DNA of 64,000 nt, from assembly GCA_965240325.2 (NCBI GenBank), contig OZ251225.1, positions 992,001-1,056,000 on the forward strand. Direction: 5' to 3'. The stretch is from Rebecca billardiae RCC1528 (taxonomy: Eukaryota; Protista; Haptophyta). Positions within the stretch are counted from its first letter, which is position 1. Every line of letters begins with the position of its first letter. The translations under genes and the position numbers were made by a program. The notes beneath the pieces are model-generated. The model had not been told where the DNA came from, did no database searches, and saw only the letters and a program-made list of their open reading frames with translations. Shown one piece after another: positions 57,229-64,000 of the stretch.

Positions 57229-59475
57229 CAAGGGTACCATAGTAAGGGTGAGCAACTCCGCTGGCGACAGCCGCGGAGGTCGGGACAAGGGTAGTAAGGG
57301 TGAGCAACTCCGCTGGCGACAGCCGCGAAGGTCGGCAGCCCTCTGTTTGCCGCGAGCGGAGCGGAGCGAGTGCTATCAGCGGCGGAGGGCGCTGAGGCCG
57401 CGCACGGCGTGAGGCGCGGCGTCGGCCGAGTCGGTCCGCGGAGGATGCGCGGCGCTCGGCCCGCTGCGCAGCGGCAGTGCGCCTCACTTTGCCCCGAGCG
57501 CCGTCCGCCGCGTCGCCTCCTTCCCGCCTTGGAGCAGCACGCATGTGCGCGCCGCCACCTTGAAGGCGGCACGGGCTTGCTCAGACGACCGCGCGCGCGT
57601 GGCGCGCGACTTGGTCGGCTGCGCGCGCGCGCCGCCGCGGTGCAAGGTAGCGCCGCCGCATGCGCGCGCCGTGCCAGCGCGAGAGCGTGTGCGCGGACCT
57701 GAGTGCGACCTCACACACATGTCGAATGCTGCTTGGCATCCGACTTGCGGACTGACGGGAAGCTGGAAAAGACAGCGGCGTGAGTGTTGGTACCATCGAT
57801 GCGGAGCCTTAGCGTCCACTTGCATTCGTGCTGAGAAGGAATAGACAAGACTAGGCCTTCGTCCTGGGTATCCAATGTCACTCAACACCTCGCTGATCGA
57901 CCCGACGAGTGCCAGCGTGAGGCACAGCAAATCATTCGTGAGAGCAAGCAGACAAGCGAGCACTACGCTCATGAGATGGCCGTGAGCAAAGGCTCGCGCG
58001 GGCACGGCGCGCGCATGTGGTGGCGCTACCTTGCACCGCGGCGGCGCGCGCGCGCAGCCGACCAAGTCGCGCGCCACGCGCGCGCGGTCGTCTGAGCAAG
58101 CCCGTGCCGCCTTCAAGGTGGCAGCGCGCACATGCGTGCTGCTCCAAGGCGGGAAGGAGGCCACGCGGAGGACGGCGCTCGGGGCAAAGTGAGGCGCACT
58201 GCCGCTGCGCAGCGGGCCGAGCGCCGCGCATCCTCCGCGGACCGACTCGGCCGACGCCGCGCCTCACGCCGTGCGCGGCCTCAGCGCCCTCCGCCGCTGA
58301 TAGCACTCGCTCCGCTCCGCTCGCGGCAAACAGAGGGCTGCCGACCTTCGCGGCTGTCGCCAGCGGAGTTGCTCACCCTTACTACCCTTGGTCGGGAGGG
58401 CTCTGTTTGCCTCGGCGCCCGGTGCGAGCGGAGCGGAGCGAGTACTATCAGCGGCGGAGGGCGCTGAGGCCGCGCACGGCGTGAGGCGCGGCGTCGGCCG
58501 AGTCGGTCCGCGGAGGATGCGCGGCGCTCGGCCCGCTGCGCAGCGGCAGTGCACCTCACTTTGCCCCGAGCGCCGTCCTCCGCGTCGCCTCCTTCCCGCC
58601 TTGGAGCAGCACGCATGTGCGCGCCGCCGCATCGAATGCGGCACAGGCTTGCTCAGACGACCGCGCGCGCGTGGCGCGCGACTTGGTCGGCTGCGCGCGC
58701 GTGCTGCCGCGGTGCAATGTAGCGCCACAGCATACGCGCCGTGCCCGCGCGAGAGCGTGTGCATGGACGTGAGTGCGAGCTCACACACATGTCAAGAGTG
58801 CTGTCTGCGCAGCACAGTGCTGGCAACTGAAGTAAGCTAGAGAAGACAGCAGCGTGAGTGTTAGTACCATCGATGCGGAGCCTTAGCGTCCGCTTGCGTT
58901 CGTGCTGAGAAGGGATACACAAGACTAGGCCTTCGTCCTGGGTATCCAATGTCACTCAACACCTCGCTGATCGACCCGACGAGCGTCGGCGTGAGGCACA
59001 GCGAAACATTCGTGAGAGCAACAGACAAGCGAGCACTACGCTCATGAGATGGCCGTGAGCAAAGGCTCGCGCGGGCACGGCGCGCGTATACGGTGGCGCT
59101 ACCTTGCCCCGCGGCAGCGCGCGCGTGCGGTCGACCAAGTCGCGCGCCACGCGCGCGCGGTCGTCTGAGCAAGCCCGTGCCGCATTCGATGCGGCGGCGC
59201 GCACATGCGTGCTGCTCCAAGGCGGGAAGAAGGCGACGCGGAGGACGGCGCTTGGGGCAAAGTGAGGTGCACTGCCGCTGCGCAGCGGGCCAAGAGCCGC
59301 GCATCCTCCGCGGACCGACTCGGCCGACGCCGCGCCTCACGCCGTGCGCGGCCTCAGCGCCCTCCGCCGCTGATAGTACTCGCTCCGCTCCGCTCGCACC
59401 GGGCGCCGAGGCAAACAGAGCCCTCCCGACCTCCGCGGCTGTCGCCAGCGGAGTTGCTCACCCTTACTACCCTTG
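57229..59475. mobile_element. P-element-like MITE with long TIRs (outer copy)
   Basis: CAAGGG...CCCTTG termini; 7-bp TSD CTCTGGG at 57222-57228 and 59476-59482; TIRs of about 400 bp. Confidence 0.85.
57286..58390. mobile_element. P-element-like MITE inserted in the left TIR of the outer copy
   Basis: CAAGGGTAGTAAGGGTGAGCAAC...GTTGCTCACCCTTACTACCCTTG; 7-bp TSD GTCGGGA at 57279-57285 and 58391-58397. Confidence 0.9.
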
Positions 59476-59648
59476 CTCTGGGACCCTTCGTGGACCCGTC
59501 GGTGAAGTCCAGGACCGTTCGGTGTGTTTCGGCGAAGATGCGCGAAGCCACGCGTTCACGCCCGACAACTCTAGATGCACGAACACATCGTGCGCGATTC
59601 GCACACAACCCGTTGTCAACCTCGTGTTCTCGTCGTCGTCTAGCCGCA

Positions 59649-60406
59649 ATGTTCTCCGTCGTCACCGCCGCGCTCGCGTTCAACGGCCCGCGCATGGGCG
59701 CGCCGTCGCGCCAGTCGACCTCGATGAAGGCGGCGTCTTCGGACTGTACGCGCACGCGCATGCGCGCCGCGCCTCCCCGCCCTCGGCCGCGTGCGCTCGG
59801 CGCGCCGCAAGCGCGCGTGATGTGCGCCCCTTTGATTGTGCGACACTGACGCGACCGTCGCGCCTGCCTCCGTGCCCTCCCTCGTCAACAGTCGCGTTCG
59901 GCCTCGCCGGCGTGACGGACTTCCCGGGCCCGTTTGACCCGCTCAACCTCCTCGAGAAGGCGTCGGAGGACCAGGTGCGCGTGTGGCGCGAGGCGGAGCT
60001 GACGCACGGCCGCGTCGGCATGCTGGCGGCGCTCGGCTTCCTGGTGCAGGAGAACTTCCACCCGCTCTTCGATGGCAAGGTGACGGGCCCGGCGATCACC
60101 CACATCCCGCAGATCCCGGAGTTCTTCTGGTTCGCGCTCACGCTCGTCATCGGCGCGACGGAGGCGTACCGCGTGGAGCAGGGCTGGCAGGACCCGGGCC
60201 GGGGCACGGAGACGTACAAGCTTAAGGATGCGTCGGAGTACACGCCGGGCGACCTCGGCTTCGACCCGCTCGGCCTCAAGCCGGAGGACCCGGAGGAGTT
60301 CCTCGCCATGCAGAACCGCGAGCTCAACAACGGCCGCCTCGGCATGATCGCCGCCGCGGGCTTCCTCGCGCAGGAGTTGGCCAGCGGCAAGCCGATCTTC
60401 GGTTAA
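59649..60406 (+). CDS. Light-harvesting protein, Lhcx/LHCSR (LI818) type; intron 59746-59891
   Basis: FDPLNL, REAELTHGRVGMLA, VQENFHPLF.G.VTGPAI.H, PGDLGFDPLGLKP, ELNNGRLGMIA. Confidence 0.93.
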
Positions 60407-62361
60407 ATCCCGCCTCACGCCTGCTCAGACCACTGACAAAAGTGTCTACATGCTGAATCAGTGCGTCGTAGCGCAGTAGTACAACAATATCTCCGCAGCA
60501 TCGTCAGTCTTGTTTAAAATTAACTATACACGAGTGAATCACGGACGACTATCAGTATCAGCAGTAGTCAGTAGTCACCGTCACTCGTGGATCATGCCCC
60601 GGCCGCGCCGCCGGCTTAGTTAGTGCTTGATCCCGCCGCCGGAGTCTGAAACTGAAATAAAACCGCCTCCGATCCCACTTGACCCATCCGAGTGTCAGTA
60701 CTCAGTAGTGGAACGTACAACGGTGCGACGGCTCCGCGGGGCTGACGCGGGAACGGGCGGCTCGGCCGCGGCGGCCCGTCTCATCACTAGCTCATTGTCA
60801 CAGCAGTCTGCAGTGCCGTCGCGCCGCGCGCCGCGTGCCCACTGCCCCAGGCCGAGGCGGCCTTCTAGGGCTGAGGCGGTGCTCCGTCGGCTGCCTCTGT
60901 CCCGGCCGCGCTCCCGTAGCTGGGTCAGGCAGGGTCACTAGCTGCGGGTGGCGCACTAGTTAGTGTACTGCGTCGCGGCACTATGCCTAGTAACTCGTAT
61001 GGGCCCCACCCCAGGGAATGTGTACTCACTTGTAGCACGTGCGTCGGCGTTGGATCTGCGGCATAAAAGTATGTGTCGATGCTGCGGTATACGTAAGCTA
61101 GCTAGTAACTAGTAAGTCTCAACGGTATCATCTGATTCGTCTGAGTGCTAATTTCGATCACGATGGCGCCGATGTACATTTATTACGCGCCAGTGTCAAA
61201 CAATGCCGCCAATAACATTTTCGTCTGATTATACTTAAGCATTCGCATAGCGGTCCGCGCGGGCGTTATCTGACACCGTCCGCACCTGCGACTCGCACCA
61301 CCTGTCCGAGCGCGAGTCCGACGCCGCCGGGCATGGCACTGCTGGCTATCACCGCTCAGAATCATTGACTTATCAGGACCGCCGCGCTGAATTCCAGCAG
61401 TCGTCGGACCGCTCAGCGAGAGCTAGTCAATATAGTCAATAAAGTCATGAGTGCCGCGCGGGCAGCGCTGTCTAAGCGGTGTTACAGAAGCCGAAGGTCG
61501 GTGCCAGCCACTCATCAATGACCCTCAGCCTCAGCGGCCCTCAGGCTCAGCCGAGCCAAGGGCGGTAGCCGAGCCGACGATCAAATTTAGCCGGCTAGCT
61601 ACCTAGTATTCTTCACAGTCGACTTCTTAGTAGAAGTTCTTCCTCTTCCAAGTACTGGTACACGACTCACCGTTCATCAATGGCTGGCACAGGAAATGTA
61701 TCACGCGCCGCTGTCACGGATCACTGAAATCGGACTTCTCTGACAAGGTGACTCACTGAGTCAGTGACAAGTACAGGAAACATTAAGAACTAAAGAAGTC
61801 ACGTTACACGTACACGGTCATGTGCAGTGGCATCGTCATTGTAAGTACTAAGTGTGGGCAATGCTGTCTGAATTGAGCTCTGAGTGCTGCATATACAGCC
61901 TACTAGTGCAGTCACTCGGAAATCCGCCGCCTCCGCGGCGCCGCCGCCCGCCCGGACCTCCGGCTCCGCGAGGCTCGAGTGACGAGTCTCACGACTGATG
62001 CCACGGTGTCAATGCCGCGGGCCGGCGCCGGGCGGGCGCGGGGACTGACGTCGTCCCGCTACGACGAGGCTGATATGTCGCGTCTCAGCTGATGACGGCG
62101 AGACCAATTCGTCTGAGTGCTCTTCAAGGTTTCTGACGGTGCCACCTGGCTTAGTTTAACACTTCTGGACTCCAATCAGTAAATTCAACCGGCACTGAAT
62201 CGTCTGACAGTGACAGCCGAATTGGTGGCCGAATGGACGACTCGTCCAGCTTTGCCGGGCTGAGCTTGTCCGTTGACCCACGAACATTGTGATGCCGCGG
62301 CAGCGTCTCCAAAGCCAAGCCAGAGAGCATAGGCGCTGCCACTGATCATCGGATGATGGCT

Positions 62362-62760
62362 TCAGCCCGTGAACTTCGCCTTGGGGTCCTCCTTGCAGAT
62401 CGGCTTGCACTCCTGCAAGCAATCAGTGCGCGTCTTCGTGAATTGGCCCTTGGGCTTCATGCAGTAGTACGCACACAAGCTCAGGCAGTCGTTGTACTCC
62501 TTCTCCTCCTTGCTGCCCTTCGCCGGCTTCGCGAGCGCGGCTCCAGGAACGGCCACGAGAGGTGCGAGCAACGCCGTGCGAAGCGTCGCGCGCCTGGACG
62601 CCTCGTGCGTGCTGACAGCGCCCGCGGGTGCGGCCGCGTGGCACGACCCAGTCGGTGCGTGCGCACTCGTTGGGCTACGGACACTCAGCGCGCCGACGCT
62701 CGCGGGCAGCATGCAACACGCCAGCGCCAACAACATCGCGGTCGCGAGCACCCGCGTCAT
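62362..62760 (-). CDS. Small Cys-rich thylakoid lumen protein
   Basis: Signal peptide, transit peptide, then twin-Arg SRRATL...AALA; mature part CLSLCAYYCMKPKG...CLQECKPIC. Confidence 0.75.
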   Translation of the reverse strand: MTRVLATAMLLALACCMLPASVGALSVRSPTSAHAPTGSCHAAAPAGAVSTHEASRRATLRTALLAPLVAVPGAALAKPAKGSKEEKEYNDCLSLCAYYCMKPKGQFTKTRTDCLQECKPICKEDPKAKFTG

Positions 62761-63016
62761 GATTGCGCTCACGCAAGCCGAGCAAGCGCAACGCCGACCG
62801 AGGACGCTGTTTGGTTGCTCACTACTTGACTCCCTTGGTTTGGTGCACCCGTCCGGAACCAGTGCTTCCCGGACCAAAGCGCCGAGCGAGCGTCCTCACA
62901 AACCTGCGCAGCTGATCCCGTCGCCGGTGCACCTTGACCTGCCCTGCCACGCTCCGTGCGCGCGAGAGACCGGCCGTCAGGACCACGTGCGCGCTGCGAG
63001 CTCGGGGCGGGTTTCG

Positions 63017-64000
63017 ATGGCCGATGCCGCGGATGACGATGATGAGCGCTGGAGCGACTGGGAGGAAGAGGAGGGCGACCGCGAGGAGCTTCGTACGCAG
63101 TCTCTCTTCGAGCCCTCCCGCACCTTTGCCTCGCCCGACGAGTGCCTCAGCAACGCGCGTGACGAGTTCGGCTTGGACATCCTCAAGGTGACCGCTGGTC
63201 GTGGCTTCTATGAGCGCATTCAGCTGGTGAACTACGTGCGCTCGCGCATCGCCAGCGGAGAGGGCGCCACGTCACTCGTCGCGAGCGTGCTTGCGCACGC
63301 GAACTCGACGGATGCGCCGCCATGGCGCGCAGAGGACCACCTCAAGCCGGTTGTCGAGGGCGACCCGCTGCTCTTCTCGTTGGGAAGCGCGGCGGACGAG
63401 TCTGACGACGAGTCTGATACCGAGGGCGCGGATGGCCGGCCAAGCGGTGCCGCTGCGAAGGCCCCGCACGGCGCCGCGCGCGAGAGCTTGAGTGCCGCGC
63501 GAGCAGCCGACGAGGCGGTCATCCGAGCAGGTGGCGTGGTTGCCAGCGACGCTGACCTGGCGGTCGGCTCGGCCGAGGCGACAGGAGGCGCCTCTGGCGC
63601 CTCTAGTGCCGACGGGGGCGTGGAGGCGATGCGCGCGCAGATGGCGGCCATGCACGCGCTGCTGCACGACATGGCGTCTGACGAGGTCGTGCCGGCCGAC
63701 TGCTCGGACGCAGACGAGCACAGCGAGTCGGACGGGGGCAGCGACGGCGGCGAGCACGCGGCTGGCGGGGGCGGCCGCGCAGGCGCCGACGCGCGCGGCT
63801 CGCAGCCGCGGCGTCTCTCCGGCGGCCGCCGTCGCGGGCGGCGCTCGAGGCCGACCACCGGCGAGCGCGTGGACAAGGGCTACTTCGAGTCTTACGACGG
63901 GCTCGGCATCCACCACACAATGCTGTCGGACAAGGTGCGGACGGAGGCGTACCGCGACGCGATCCAGCAGCCGTGGATGCGCGGCAAGCGCGTGCTGGAC
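63017..64000 (+). CDS. PRMT3: Protein arginine N-methyltransferase 3-like, truncated by the window end
   Basis: Frame read by hand: WSDWEEE, FYERIQLVNYVR, LKPVVEGDPLL, DKGYFESYDGLGIHHTMLSDKVRTEAYRDAI...GKRVLD. Confidence 0.9.
   Translation, partial: MADAADDDDERWSDWEEEEGDREELRTQSLFEPSRTFASPDECLSNARDEFGLDILKVTAGRGFYERIQLVNYVRSRIASGEGATSLVASVLAHANSTDAPPWRAEDHLKPVVEGDPLLFSLGSAADESDDESDTEGADGRPSGAAAKAPHGAARESLSAARAADEAVIRAGGVVASDADLAVGSAEATGGASGASSADGGVEAMRAQMAAMHALLHDMASDEVVPADCSDADEHSESDGGSDGGEHAAGGGGRAGADARGSQPRRLSGGRRRGRRSRPTTGERVDKGYFESYDGLGIHHTMLSDKVRTEAYRDAIQQPWMRGKRVLD

Noticed and set aside
57235-57241. TA-CCA-TA as a mariner excision footprint in the outer P-like TIR
   Set aside because: Plausible, but CAAGGGTACCAT also occurs at 1492, so it may be a natural TIR variant; unresolved.
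61499-61692. Small MITE with GTGCCAGCCA inverted ends
   Set aside because: Only a 10-bp match and no TSD.

Overview
GC-rich eukaryotic nuclear DNA with short GT-AG introns (donors mostly GTGCG/GTACG). An Lhcx-type antenna gene, plastid-targeting presequences and IFT144 point to a flagellated chlorophyll-c alga, most likely a haptophyte (inference). About 16 protein genes are present: MAPK, DNL zinc finger, LRR protein, a large coiled-coil protein, DUF3110-like, a conserved algal plastid protein, NOT2, IFT144, ALG5, PUS1, a giant SAM/Ubl/split-vWA/U-box/E2 fusion, an FGKH+GRF zinc-finger protein, a HET/TIR-like protein, a WD40-membrane protein, Lhcx, a Cys-rich lumen protein and partial PRMT3. 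Most lie in tight head-to-head pairs. The mobile elements are: a full-length but defective Ty1/copia element with a MYND finger (2182-8235); a foldback element (9.7-10.8 kb); a three-level nest of inverted-repeat elements with a CpG-depleted core (42-45 kb); a 4.95-kb non-coding element with split direct repeats, a 13-14 bp TSD, internal arrays and a hammerhead-like motif (46.8-51.8 kb); and a P-element-like MITE inserted into its own relative (57.2-59.5 kb). All calls come from reading the sequence by eye; no database searches were run.
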